A stretch of DNA of 64,000 bases from Takakia lepidozioides (lineage: Eukaryota > Plantae > Bryophyta), in contig CM060731.1 in assembly GCA_030704615.1 (NCBI GenBank), positions 28,954,001 through 29,018,000 of the forward strand, in the 5' to 3' direction. The notes under the pieces are model-generated. The model was not told the DNA's origin, did no database searches, and worked only from the letters and a program-made list of their open reading frames with translations. The first letter of the stretch is position 1; each line of letters opens with the position of its first letter. Both the position numbers and the translations under genes were made by a program. This document shows positions 1-18,596 of the stretch, piece by piece.

Positions 1-249
1 CTTATACCCAGGGTATGTGTCGGGGGCAATTACCCTTACTCATTCCAACTCGCGGGTCAGGTTTTTATGGATACTAGCTATTAGAGAACCCCCGGTTCGG
101 TGAAGTTCACGGGTAAATAGATTTTGGTATCTGCCGGTTCAATCTTGACTAAGGTATTTGAAATTTTAATACCCGAGGTTAAGGGGGAATATACCTAGGA
201 CCGGAATTGGCGGTTCTTTCACCCAAAACCAGAGAACCGCCCAACACTG
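1..249. mobile_element. End of a hAT-type MITE (other end outside the window), in P450 intron 5
   Basis: Ends in GAGAACCGCCCAACACTG (232-249), the exact reverse complement of the first 18 nt of the TSD-flanked element at 16534; rich in AACCG/CGGTT motifs. Confidence 0.7.
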
Positions 250-977
250 GAGTTAACCCCTTTCCATGGTAAAGTTTGTCATAATGGGTGACATCCAACA
301 TAAACCTATGTGGCTAATTCGAATCCACTACCCATTTGTAAGGTTGTATTGTGCCCTAACCACGAGGGCATCTGTCGATGCTCAAAGGTTGGAAATTAGC
401 TGCTAGTTTTTTCTAAAATCAATAGCATTCTAGTCTCTTACGTCCCAACCACACCAATAGTTACATGGCAACCGTATTAAACTTTGCTAAATAGGCCAAC
501 TTTTGAGAGATATTCTAGCTAATTAGCCCACGAGGAGCCGTACTCAGAGTTAGTTACTAAAATCAGTTGTTTTGGCCACCTGCCCGAAGTGCCCGCACAA
601 CTCTCATCTCTTCAAGAATGTACATAGGACCTTCATCGCGGGCAACTGCCCAAAACTTAGTAGAGGGTTAGATTTAGTTGCACATGAGTCTTGGTCAATT
701 AGAGCTAACTAGGTTTTAACTTAGTGAAATAGGTCCAGTATTAAAGATAGCTACTGTTAATTACAACATACCATGCCCGTAGCCAATTGGTTAGGCCGGG
801 GCCATAGAAGAAGAAGAAATGTGCAATGATTCTAGATAACTGAGCATGAACAAAATTTCGATATTGCCCTGAAGGTTACTATTATCATCCAAAGATGCAG
901 CCTTTGCATAAAGAAATGTGTGTGTATCACCATGTGTTGAATATACAAATGCCCACTTCTCATTAAGTTCCCATTAC

Positions 978-3900
978 CTGTGTCGTGTAGGTCATCTTTT
1001 TGAGGTCTTGCATTGTGAGGGGATCATCGGATGATGTTTTGCTATCCTGAATCGCTTGCTGTTCAGCCTGTAGGTTATTACCAAGTTTAATCAGTTGAGT
1101 GTTAGTGGCCGGAAGAAAGTGTCTGTCTAATACAAATTAGAACAACTTGTACCAAGTCATTTTTCATATATCTATACATCCATCCCATGTATCCAAGCCA
1201 ACTCATTAGCCATAAAACTAATTGAACGAAGTGTCGCAATCGATCGTAAAATCACCGCCAATTGTTTTTGTCAGTACTAGGTTCTTCTAGTATTTCGTAT
1301 AATATTCGTATTTTGAATACTACTGCCCGAGTTCACACGTTCTTAAACGGCGGAAGGGCCTCATCAGCATCCCTTCCACGACGTAAAAGAAACCAACGCA
1401 CCCACTCACCGCCTCCCCAAAATCGTTATCTTTCGAATTCTGTAAGGCTCTAGGTGTCTTATGCTAGACATAAGGTACGTTCTCCTGTTAAAATGACAAC
1501 TTCACGTCTCAGAAGGTAATGACTTTAACCCTTAACCCCTAAAGGACAAGGGCCAATTTTTGCCAAGACCTCAAAAACTGGACCCTGGCCCTCTAAACCA
1601 TTTATATCTTGAGATTTACTAAGGCCCTGTAAAACTAACCGTTGGAATATACTCTCAACTACCCCACCTAGGACCACAAAAATCCCCGTCTAAATCCAAC
1701 CAGCAGAACCAAAGAATATAATGTCTAAAGTGGTGAAAAAACAAAAAAAAAACATGAAGTAAATAGGGAAAAAAAAAGTGCTTTTTCTATCGAATTTCCC
1801 ATCTGCAAACTGGTTTGACATGACACTCTCCAGAATCTGGTGCCCTGTCATATAAGACACCTTCCCTGCAAATTTCATCTTTTTCTGACATAATCTCAGG
1901 TGGGCTGCTTTGTATGCTAAAAATGGGGGGTCAAATTTGGGGTTTTCCTTCGGGCAGGCAAAAAGGTTTGTTCAGAAAATTGAGGAAATTTTTTGAGCCA
2001 TTCATTTCGCAATCGCTCCGGTGGGAATGTTGTGGGTGGGTATGGCTTTTCCGCAAAAACATTTCGGGCCAATCTGAGTCTCCTACTAGGTCTTTTTTAC
2101 CCCCTGCCCATGAGACTTGCAATTGCACCTATGTGGGCCTATAATTTTTGGGCAGTAGCCCTCTCTTGTGGAGGGTTTTAGGGGGTGCCTCATCCTACCC
2201 GTCCCTAGATTGATTAGGCCTCCACCCCTCCCAAGGCATGTCCACCCCCCCCACCCAGGTTCAGGCCACCCCTATGTTTATTGGGTTTTGGGGTCACCCA
2301 CCCCACACGTTCATGGGCCACCCATGCCGGAAATGTGTCTCGGTTTTCATGACGAAAAAAACAAAACTCGCCGGACTTCACAAAGTGGACGGAAGCATCT
2401 CTAGGCAGCTCTCTAGCTGCGCACCGCTGCGCATCAATTGAGTCTCCTCCCGCGCTCTCTCCCCCCCACAACAACAAGTTTGACACCAAACCGGAGCTAC
2501 CATTGCCATTGATTCCAGCTTGGGGATTAGGCATGGAGTTCTCCGAGGCAGGTCGGCTGCGGGTGCCATTTAGGGGTAAGTGGCGCAATAAAGGGTGTTG
2601 GGAGACGCGCCATGGGGGGTGCATGGAATTTCACCCTAATCTGACCCTAGTTGCCACGTCATCCTCAGGGCAAGTTAAATGGTGGGGAAAATGCCACGTC
2701 ATACCTGACTTGATTTCCAATCGAATGAGCCTATGTGGGCCCACATCAGGGTTAACCACAGGGATAACCAGCCTGTTTTCTAAACCCAACCGACCCAAGT
2801 TGGGTCGTTTTTACACTTAGGGGTTAAGTTCCCAAGCGACCTGAATCGGGACACTTTGAATTTGCAATTCGACCTAATTTTTGCAGATCTAATCTGATGG
2901 GGCCCACTCCCGAAGCTTTAATGACAAGGGATTTGTCTCGATTATGATGCAAAAAACAAAACTAAAAAAAAAAACAAAAGCTGCGACCTACAAAAAATAT
3001 CTCAGATCTCTCATTTACGTTTTGGGCCTGACAAGGGCTTGTTGACCGCTGACGTGGCAGGTAAACAAGCCCAAAACAGATTGCACTCCAAATGCCATTT
3101 TTGACATAAAATTAGCAATTTTGGAAAAAAAACACTTCACCTTGTGGTATGTGAGCATTACATACACACATCCACCATTGGCTTTTAAAAAAATTGTAGA
3201 AAAAAAAAAGTACTTCATTTGGAGGCAAATTTTCTCTTGTCAATTTTGAGATTTCAACCCCTATGTAATTGCATGCAAAGCATCTATAGGTGAAAAAATC
3301 AGTTGGACCTCCAATTTAGTGGGGTCATAGCCACTCCACTATTGATTTGGAAATGGTGGACCTTGGGGCAAGCAAAATTGGATAAAGCTAGGTTTTGATT
3401 TGGTCAAACCAATTTCTTTCTCACTTTTTCTTTGGGACCTGATATTTGAGATCAGTGCCAACGCTATAATATCACAATTTCCACTGTGGACTCTTTTTTT
3501 GGTATGTCATGCATAAATGAGTTGGGCCCACTGCTATAAGGCTGGAATCTCTGGATGATTTTTGGTAGGTTTCTAGGGGCAATTTACTGCAGCTGGGTAC
3601 CCAAAATTGGTAAAAAGTCAAAAAAAGGCTTGGGAACTTAACAAAACGTAAAAACCTACTCTAGATTTTCCTTTGTACTTTTTAGGGCATTTTGAAGCAT
3701 AACTCCCCGGGAGGCACAAGTGGCATGGAACCAGTCGTGCCATTTGGGGGCGGGAGCATGGAGCGGGTGGTTCCATTTCAGGAACCTCGTTGCCATAGGG
3801 AGATTAGTGGGACGCAGTCTTGTCCCTTGGATGACATATCATTTAGGGTTGATGTGAAGCCAGCTAGCCAGAGGGTGGAACCAGGTGAGCAAATTTTTAC

Positions 3901-6488
3901 GCAGCGGGAAGTTCCTGCCCGCGGACTTTCCGCCGTTTGCGGGTATGCCCTCGGGCCCACCCTTAAACGGCGGAAAGTCCTCGAGCAGGAACTTTCCGCT
4001 ATACAAAATACTAGGAATACACCCCCGCCACTTAGATTCTAGAAGTTTACGAGCAAACACCAAGCCGCCTTAAGATAGTCTGACATGTTAGATTGAAAAA
4101 AAAAAAAACTTGTCCATTGAAGAGAATAAGGTAAGAAGACACTGACCACGACAGCTGTAAGGACTTCAGGGTGATCTTCGAAATGCTTGAGAATCCAGAC
4201 CATCATGGTGGTTGTGGTGTCATGGGCTGCAAATAAAGTGCCAATGAGCATGTCTAGTACTTGGTCATCGTCCATTTGTTCTGCTGTGCCAGCAAAATTC
4301 TTTTGAAACTCCAGCAGAGCACTCAACACGTCGCGATGTTCGTCGGGGTCCTCTTTCCTTCTCTCATTCAATAACTTCTGCAATGTTGCACACCCTTCGA
4401 TCCTAGCCTGGGAGGACAAGACAAATGTTGCAAGAAAGTTAGATGCCTATCCGCTCTGACCTGCTTGAATGGTCTACGATGAAACACAGCCATATGTCTA
4501 CCGGTTCTAGTCCAAGTCTACCATCCGTAAGTCTGTGCAAAAATTAAGGGTAACCCACAAAACCCATAAAAGTGTCTAAGTCCCAGATAGCCCTCTAACA
4601 TTACCCCTCCCCCTCTCAAAAAGCTGTGTCCTCACGGTTTACTGTTTAGGATCGGCAAACCTATGTGAATGAGGACCTTTCTGTCGGTGAGAGTCCCGTG
4701 GAGGGCTCTATGTGCGAGCCCGAGCCCTGTCACTGGCTGGAGCTCAAACAGTGTGCGGCAACGCACACTGTTTGAGCCCCCCTATGTGCTTGTTTTTGAT
4801 GTGAAATTCGGCCACATAGGGCCCACTCTGGCAGGTTGAATCCACCCCAAATTGGAAGCTCAAACAGTGTGCGTTGCTGTTTGAGCCCCCTTTTGTGCTT
4901 GTTTTCCTAGGAGTATCCTCGAAGAATCGTGATCAAATATCTGCTCCTCGTGACCTGCTTGAATGATCTACGATGAAACACAGCCAAATATTCTAGGAGT
5001 ATCCTCAAGACTCGTGATCAAATATCTGCTGAGCCTCGTATCACTTGAGCTACTTTACAAGTAGAACTATACAAGGAAAGATCTACCAAGTTGTGCTGTT
5101 AATGGGTTAAGTATCAAACTATCACTCCGCTAAGCGAGCTACCATCAATTGATTTACTCGTCCTTAGTTTCGAACTGATTTACATGGCAAAATGGAACTC
5201 TCATGCAATCTTGATGTTTAAAACAACCTGAAGTGACTTGTGGAAGGTAAAGCTTGGAAGATCGATAGGAAACGAAACCACGCCCTTCCCAAGCTGCGCG
5301 AACATCTTCAAAAGCTCTTTCGAAGACTCGTCAGCCTTGTCGAGGCCGAAAATGAGTCTCAAGGCTACCGAAAATACGTACTGCACAATTGAAAAACCCC
5401 ATGAAGATAATTAAGCTAGATTTCATCAGATCTCCAGACTGTATTTTCAACTAAACCTGGCAACGGACATACAAGATTCGAAGTGCTTGACATCATGTAA
5501 TGCTCTCGAAGTCAATTGGGAAACATGCACTGCTATCAAACTTCTGCAGGGATGTAAGCAGGGGTGGAATCATCACAATTTGTAGTGCAAGAATGCATGA
5601 CCTCCTAGATTTTGGCTTGGAACAAGCTCCCGACCTATCTAATGCAACCTGATTCTTACATCTTTCATTTCCTCGGAGGCTTTCAATGTTTTCCCATCCC
5701 ATGAATTCATGGTGTCCACAGCCATTTTCTGGATTGCGGTGATATGAAATCGCAAGGACTCTGGAAGGAGAGGTTTTTGCAAAACCCTCCTTAGAAGGTC
5801 GTGCTGTTTACCCCCGAGCATTGTCAGAGATCGAAATCCAACGGTAGCCTTGATACTGTGAGGGTTACCCTCAGTGAAGTTCTTGTTATCTGTCAGAATC
5901 ATCTTGATGGACTCTGGAGTTGTAACAACGATTGTAGTCGCCCCCATTATGTTTGTCTTAAAAATGTTGCCATACCTACAACGATCCAGGTGCACACCAT
6001 TAAAACATGATCATGCAAAAGGACGCGGCCTATACACACCTCACACGTTTAATTCCTGCAGGCAAGTTCTGGAGTAATTATTCCAAGCGAGCAAATATTG
6101 TACACATATCCGTTCGTAACAGTAGGCAATTGTGTTCTGAAGTGGGTAAGTGTCCTGAGGAGGACGCTGGAGAAAGATGAGGGAATGAACATTGTGAGCT
6201 CTGGTATGCAGAATAGATGATCAAGCCACTGACCAGTTGTAGAGGTACAACCAGAAACTCTTGAAAGTAGCAATTAACTTACTTTTCTATCCTCGACGCC
6301 ATGAAGACGGCTACATCCTCGAAGAAAGAGATGGATTCCCCAATGAGTGGCCACCCGTAGGACCCTTCGGGCAGTCGAGCTCCAGACGGTGACTTCCATA
6401 AGAATCTGGAACGCTGCACCAGGATTGCTACAACGCACACTCCTACAGCAAGCAGAATGGGGAGAGATCCGAATCCTTCCATTGCCAT
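978..6488 (-). CDS. Cytochrome P450, CYP85 clan (CYP707A/ABA 8'-hydroxylase-like); partial, remaining 3' exons presumably outside the window
   Basis: GT-AG exons 6488-6283, 5975-5660, 5380-5228, 4407-4147 and 1067-978 splice in frame (342 codons). Shows an N-terminal TM anchor, LPEGSYGWPLIGES, YGNIFKT, I-helix IGTLFAAHDTT and AEQQAIQDSK...LTMQDLKKMTYTTQ. ExxR and heme-binding exons were not found in 1-977. Confidence 0.9.
1536..2823. mobile_element. Non-autonomous TIR element with TTAA target duplication (piggyBac-like MITE A)
   Basis: TTAA(1532-1535)-CCCCTAA ... TTAGGGG-TTAA(2824-2827); no credible ORF; lies in P450 intron 4. Confidence 0.55.
2824..3641. mobile_element. Non-autonomous TIR element bounded by TTAA (piggyBac-like MITE B)
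   Basis: Perfect 14-bp inverted repeat TTAAGTTCCCAAGC (2824-2837) / GCTTGGGAACTTAA (3628-3641). The true left end may be the TTAA-CCC at 1525-1531, separated from it by MITE A. Confidence 0.55.
3903..4000. repeat. Long GC-rich inverted repeat / hairpin in P450 intron 4
   Basis: 42-nt arms 3903-3944 and 3959-4000 match at 37/42 positions; 14-nt loop. Confidence 0.85.
4457..5030. repeat. Local duplications and a perfect hairpin in P450 intron 3
   Basis: TGACCTGCTTGAATG..CTACGATGAAACACAGCC x2 (~4457, ~4951); CTAGGAGTATCCTC...CGTGATCAAATATCTGCT x2; 16-bp perfect stem at 4742-4777, with a shortened copy at ~4858. Confidence 0.75.
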
Positions 6489-7621
6489 GCAGGCAGTCTT
6501 AAGCTTGCCTCAGAGAGTTTAATATGTAATACTTGCTCAATAAATATCCACTGTTACAGTAAACTCGTCAGCCCTGCTGATGGCAACATTTACTCTGCAA
6601 TCTCTTCCCCAGTAACAACACTCCCACCCTTGCCATTGCATGCCCCTGTCTGCAAGCTCCCACCAGTGAACTTTCCCCGTTCTACAGAAGACTATTCCTG
6701 TTCTCCTTCGCTCTCCTTCCTTCCTACAAACCACTTCCCCAGTCTCTCCTACCTTTTCAAACACTTACAGTTCCTCCAGATGCAACAAACATGTTTCGCC
6801 TCTTAGTCGTTTGAAATGTGCAATAGCACCGGTGCAATTCCTGACAGACGAAGTGGTAATCCCCGCCTTACTCGGCGTGGGTGAGCATTCAGTGGGTAGT
6901 CGTACTGGTGCACCACAGAATTCCACTGCTTTACGTTTTGCAGTAGAAGTGATCGTTGAGCACGTCACTTCTCCTTGTGGATAGCCATGCGACTTAGAGA
7001 CTTTGAGCATGCACTGCCACGGTGACGATAGCCATGCAACTTGGAGACATCTTTAGTGCGGTCCTGTGGGCCCTGCACCTGCCATTGTGGTGGGTAAGGG
7101 GGGCCTCTGGACCCAGTATAAAGGCAGGTGATGGATTGCTTCTGATTGGCTGTCGCCTATACACCAGCCTTTACAAGACTCCACTCTTAGAACCAGCCAC
7201 ATATGTGAGGGAGAGGAATTTTCAAAACACTTTTGCTCAAAAACAGCCAGTAGTACAGGGCCACCTTCAGACTGAAGGAGCTTTTTTACAAAATGAGGAA
7301 TTGTGGAAGCAGCCGACAAAATAACTACAAAGCAAGTAGATACATGCTGTTTTCAAATTTTTATTGAATATGCCTATGAAAATCAGTGAGCTAATCAGAA
7401 CCTTTAGTCATCAAAGCTTGGAATCCAATCAGCAGTTTCTGCAAAAACTTTGAGGAGGCTAGCTCGGTGACACTTAACTACAAACCGAGCTGGTAGCCTA
7501 ACCCTGGTTCAGAAATGCATCACATATCCTACAGTTTGTCAGCTTTAATAATGGTGGAGTAAAATTAATATCTGGCAATCTGAACTAGATGTTCGCGTGG
7601 TTCAGTGCACAGGCCACCTAC

Positions 7622-13976
<6,355 letters not shown>

Positions 13977-16258
13977 ATGAAGAGGAAGTGCTCACAGGTT
14001 GTAAGGAGGAGGGAAGGGGCAGAGTGGGGCAGAGTGGGGCAGAGTGCTTGTCTGCAGAGAAGCATGCATTCATCAGTGCCAACTTCAAATGCCCGAAAGA
14101 TCGAGCCAGAGGTAGCTTTACATTTAGATGGACATTTCTGGCAAACCATACTCTTTCTGCAAGCCTGGCTACTGGGTTCCATGCAAAGCCGCCAGTGCTT
14201 CTCTTGTTCTTGTTTCAGTGTCATTCTATAAAACCCTCGTTTAGGGTAAGAGTAATTTGGCTTTTGGAAGTACTGAAAGCATCATTCAGATAAACAGCAT
14301 TTTCTTATCAACCTGATAGAACCTTTTCCATGACTTAATGCACTCTACTTGGGAACAAAATACCCACCCACTGCACATCACTGGAGGACACACAGAAAAT
14401 GAAATGACAATACAATGAAAGCCCCACAATCACCTGGCTACAGCGTGAGCACACTACCAAGGCATTCTCCTGCAACTCGTTAAACCCTTACATGAATCTA
14501 GAAGAGTGTTAACACTTCCATCAGTTTGAGAGGAACCTGAGAAGTTTACTTGCAATGAAAGAACATCAATCGGAGATGCTCCGTAAACTCCCGTTCACTG
14601 CAGGAACAAACATCATACTCAATTCACCCCTACGTGGGAGTAAACTTTCACTCGTGGTGTCCCAAGCAAGCGAAATTGGACATGCAAACATCTACAAGAC
14701 CACTAAGCTACCACCATACCAACTCAATCACCACAAGAGATTGTCTGTGCGCAGAGACAAGTGGTCCCAAAATTGTCATTTCACATCCTGTTCGTTCGCC
14801 ACCATAAGTGACCGTGCTTGCCACCTCTTCCCCTACAGCCACAACATCCCACAAAGAACAGAATACGCAGTCGGGCGCATCGAAAGGAGAATCAGCGACA
14901 GTACCTTGAAAACTCAGATGCCGGACATAACAAGAAACGTGGGAGGCCGAGCTTGTGCGAGAAGAGCGCCAGAGACCGAGCGTGTGATACACAGGGATCG
15001 TCTTACAGACAAACGATATGGGATAATTCAAGTACCTACATACCTACCTCTAGGTATAGTTGCCAACCACTAACCATATCTTTATCACCTTCTGCTGACA
15101 TCACAAATAATCCTGACCTACGACTCTCTCTAACTAACTAGATCGAGCGTGCTATCGACTCCGACCCTCCAATAGCACTGTTTTGGGTCTTTCGCTAACT
15201 ATTTACGTCATCACCCAAACTAATGCGGTAACTGGAGCTTAGGATTGACCATACATTTTTCATCCACCGTAGGCTCGCTTATTCAGGGTATAGCTCGCCG
15301 CGTGTCGAGCTTGGGCTACGCCACACGGCTTCGGTACCCTCCCTGTGCAGCCACGCGGCGGCAGAAATGTCTGCGGCGTGCTGTGTGCATCTGCCAAGTG
15401 TCCACTATAATTTTCCATATTTTCTGTCATGTCTGATCATTAATGAGGCCGACATTTTTATTTACTTATTTTGACTCGGTCTCGGGCTGTGCTGGTTTCC
15501 TGGAGATCACTTGTGGATGGATGCATTTACTCCGTTCGGCATGAATCATCCGAAAACTGGATGGTAACATGAATTTGTCAATAGCTTGGAAGTTGGCGGT
15601 ATTGGACTACGGGTCGCTTTTTGCCCATTTATAGAGAATTAGCAAATAAATACACCATGTCAAAGTTACAATGCCAGCGCACCGCGTGCCCGGTTATTAG
15701 AGTGTGAGTGACTATGTAAGCTTACTGGAGGACTTTCCGTCAGATAACTTCCCTTCAAATACAAAGGGAAAAGCACCCCAGGTTTTTACGTAAGTTAACC
15801 CTTTAAGGGGCCCTTAGAGGGTCCTTCCATGTACCCAGCCCAGCTTTTAAGGGAGGAAAGGGACAAAAATGGCAGGGTATACACAACACTTCCATGTATG
15901 GGACGACCATGCCCGGCTGCCAAGCCAGCGCGTTTCTTGTGTACCCGGATAACATGCGATGGAGCTCGGTTGCTAAGAGCATCTCCACGGTGCCACGACA
16001 CTTGCCCAAAAACGGCAATCTAATGGTGCGGGGTCAGGGAGCTTGCTCCACGGTTGGCTCAGTCCGGTAGAATTGCTGCCGGCCCGCCTTAATCTGCCCC
16101 CCCCCCCCCCCATTTTGGCCAAGCATACCGGGACCCGCCAACAACTGTACATAGATTTTTAATCCTTCCAATATGGTGTCTAGAGATATTGGCTTCGCTT
16201 CTTCCATGGCGGAAGCGGGAAACCCAGATATTGTTTCTACTTAAGCTGCGATCAACAT

Positions 16259-16468
16259 TCAAGCTGCGATCACAGGCTGTTCCCTGTTTCGATCAACATT
16301 CCCTTTCTTGCCAGGACGAGATCCACCGTGCTGCCGTCTTTGTCTCGGCTGGTGTTGATCCTCAACCATCAATGCATTCAAAAACACCTCTTCCTCTTCT
16401 TCATCTTCAAGTTGTGCCCTCAACCCAGCCATCACCTGCGCTCTCCAAAGATCCATTTCAACGCTCAA
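16259..16468 (-). pseudogene. Harbinger transposase N-terminal fragment
   Basis: Acidic stretch followed by RRQHGGSRPGKKGNVDRNRE, typical of the N-terminus of plant Harbinger (Plant_tran-type) nucleases; truncated immediately afterwards; lies inside the Harbinger TIRs. Confidence 0.7.
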
Positions 16469-16533
16469 GAAATTGTGATCACGCTTGCCAAGTTGCGATC
16501 GGCGCTATCTGTGCCGGACTCTACCGTCCCAAC

Positions 16534-17224
16534 CAGTGTTGGGCGGTTCTCTATAATAGTGACCAATAACCGGCGGGTCCGGTTCCGGATATACACCCGC
16601 TGCACCCTGGAGGTTCTAAGAAACTTTAATAACCTGCCGTGCAAGGAAACCGGCGGGGCCCACATGCTCGCATAAGCGGCTGGATTTGGAACCGGCGAGG
16701 CATAAAACATTTTTTTATTTAACCTGACCTGTGTGGGGTAAGATGAGACCCCGGTTACAATTAATGATACTTGCTGGTAACCAACGGTTACTTGATCTAG
16801 GTTTAGCCAGCATCGCCTGTTTACTCTTTGATTCTTGGTACAATGATAAGGAAGAGGTCTTTGTGAATCACATGAATGCATTATAAATTGTGTTGGAATA
16901 AATATAGAAGTGTTATAGTTCACCAAAGTGCCTAAGCCTTCAGGCTCTTCTAACTGTAACCGCTTCAATAACCGGCCGTTCTATCCCGGATAGAAGATTT
17001 ATAATATATCCGAACCGGATTGGCTAACCGGCATATGAAAGTAGCCAAATAACCGGTATGTATCAGAACCGGAAGACATGAAAAGACACTTAATAACCGG
17101 ATCCGGTGGTTCTTGAAAATCTTCAAGAAATAAATAATCTGAACCGGAGGTTCCTAGAAGACAGTCATAAAGAGAGAACCTGAACCGGGGGTTATCAAAA
17201 ATACTACGTAACCGCCCAACACTG
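16534..17224. mobile_element. hAT-type MITE nested in the Harbinger element
   Basis: Perfect 15-bp TIR CAGTGTTGGGCGGTT / AACCGCCCAACACTG; perfect 8-bp TSD GTCCCAAC (16526-16533, 17225-17232); many AACCGG subterminal motifs. Confidence 0.92.
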
Positions 17225-17965
17225 GTCCCAACCGTGGAGTGCCAACCAAACCGTCCCTGCAAAAATTACCTGTCGCTCCTGTAACCAGGGCATATAGCGT
17301 TTGACGTGTCGTGCTCACTGTGGAGATGCTCTAAGTACCAACAACATAGAGTTGTTGATATTCACAGCTTGCTCCATCCAGTTACCACTGAAGTCCAAAA
17401 GTACATCACTTGGCCGCCGAGCTTCACACGATTGTGGAAAAGCTCTACAAGGCCCGACCATTTTCTTCAAGCACCCCATGGACAGCTGAATTTACAGTCC
17501 AGTCTCCATTTACATAGAATGAGGCTCTTATATGAATGGGGTTGCTCCCGGACTTGGGGTATTTACAGCATGTTCCTTAGTGGGTGCAATGACAAAGAAC
17601 AATTGTAATTAGTTGTTGTCGTTGTTGTGAGTAGGTAGCTCTCTAACAACAACCTCTTGATGTCGGGCATGTTGGGTATTTTTTTCATCTACCATGAGGT
17701 GCACAGGCAGAAAGTGAAACCATTGCTTCAGAAAAGCTTAGGGTGGATATGCCCATTCCCATTACCTATAAAACCCACCTATTACAGCTACACAATATGT
17801 ATCTTTATTGCATCTAAGTTCCAAGTGGCACGCGGCACCCTAATAGAAATAGGTGGCATTGGTACTATATATTGGATGGTGCCCTAAAATGACAAGTTGT
17901 GTCCTGGAATAGAATATCAAATTTACAAGAAATTCTCCAAATGGCAAATTGTCACGTGATTCAAA

Positions 17966-18596
17966 CATTGGTGGTAAAAAATTGCGTTTCTCACCATTCG
18001 TCGTATTTTCGCTACACAGATTTTGTGGTATTTTTGGAAATCAAATCTCTGGTGATGGCTCTGGGGTCTTTGACCCTGCCACTGAGTCATAGGTTCCGGA
18101 GTCCCCTCCAATTGTCCCGCACCGCTAACAAGTCCACGCTTTGCCGTTCGAAGACGTTCTGACATGTTATCATTCCGATGCGGCCAATTGCTTTGTTGCG
18201 ATATTTCATCGCTATACATGTCGCTTCCACCAATTGCCAAGCTCCTCGCCGTGTGTTCCTACTGGACTTGAAAGGTGGGAGAAAAGAAAGATCGCAATCT
18301 GGGACTGAAACAGTCGTCCTGTATTGTTTGAACAGGATTAACTTGTCATTTCCGGTACCGAATTGGCAGCCTAATCTGCTGTCGATGTAGCTTTATACGG
18401 TCATCTTGACGCCAGAGTTCCACTCCATGCTCGTCACAGACACTGTCTAATTTCCTATGTGCTTTACCAACGATTTCCAGACAACTAACAAACTAACCTG
18501 TTTTGGCAGTACAATGCCGAAGCCGCTTGTCTTATGATAAAAAACGATCTGAAAAGAAAAGTGTACCAATATATGCATCTACATATATGGCGACCA
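17966..18596 (+). repeat. LTR 3'-end fragment (copy 1) followed by a PBS-like motif
   Basis: ~620-bp direct repeat of 34780-35401. Homology ends exactly at ...GCATCTACA (18583) and is followed 4 nt later by TGGCGACCA (18588-18596). Confidence 0.6.

Larger units (their letters stand above)
15977..17331 (-). mobile_element. PIF/Harbinger deletion derivative
   Basis: TAA-GAGCATCTCCACGGTG ... CACTGTGGAGATGCTC-TAA: ~25-bp imperfect TIR and 3-bp TAA TSD; contains an internal transposase N-terminal remnant. Confidence 0.9.

Noticed and set aside
1525-1543. Interstitial telomeric repeat (TTAACCC/CCCTAAA-like)
   Set aside because: Only two imperfect units, better explained as nested TTAA-CCC transposon termini.
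4039-4419. P450 as a truncated pseudogene ending after the I-helix exon
   Set aside because: A further in-frame exon was found at 1067-978, so the gene most likely continues beyond the window.
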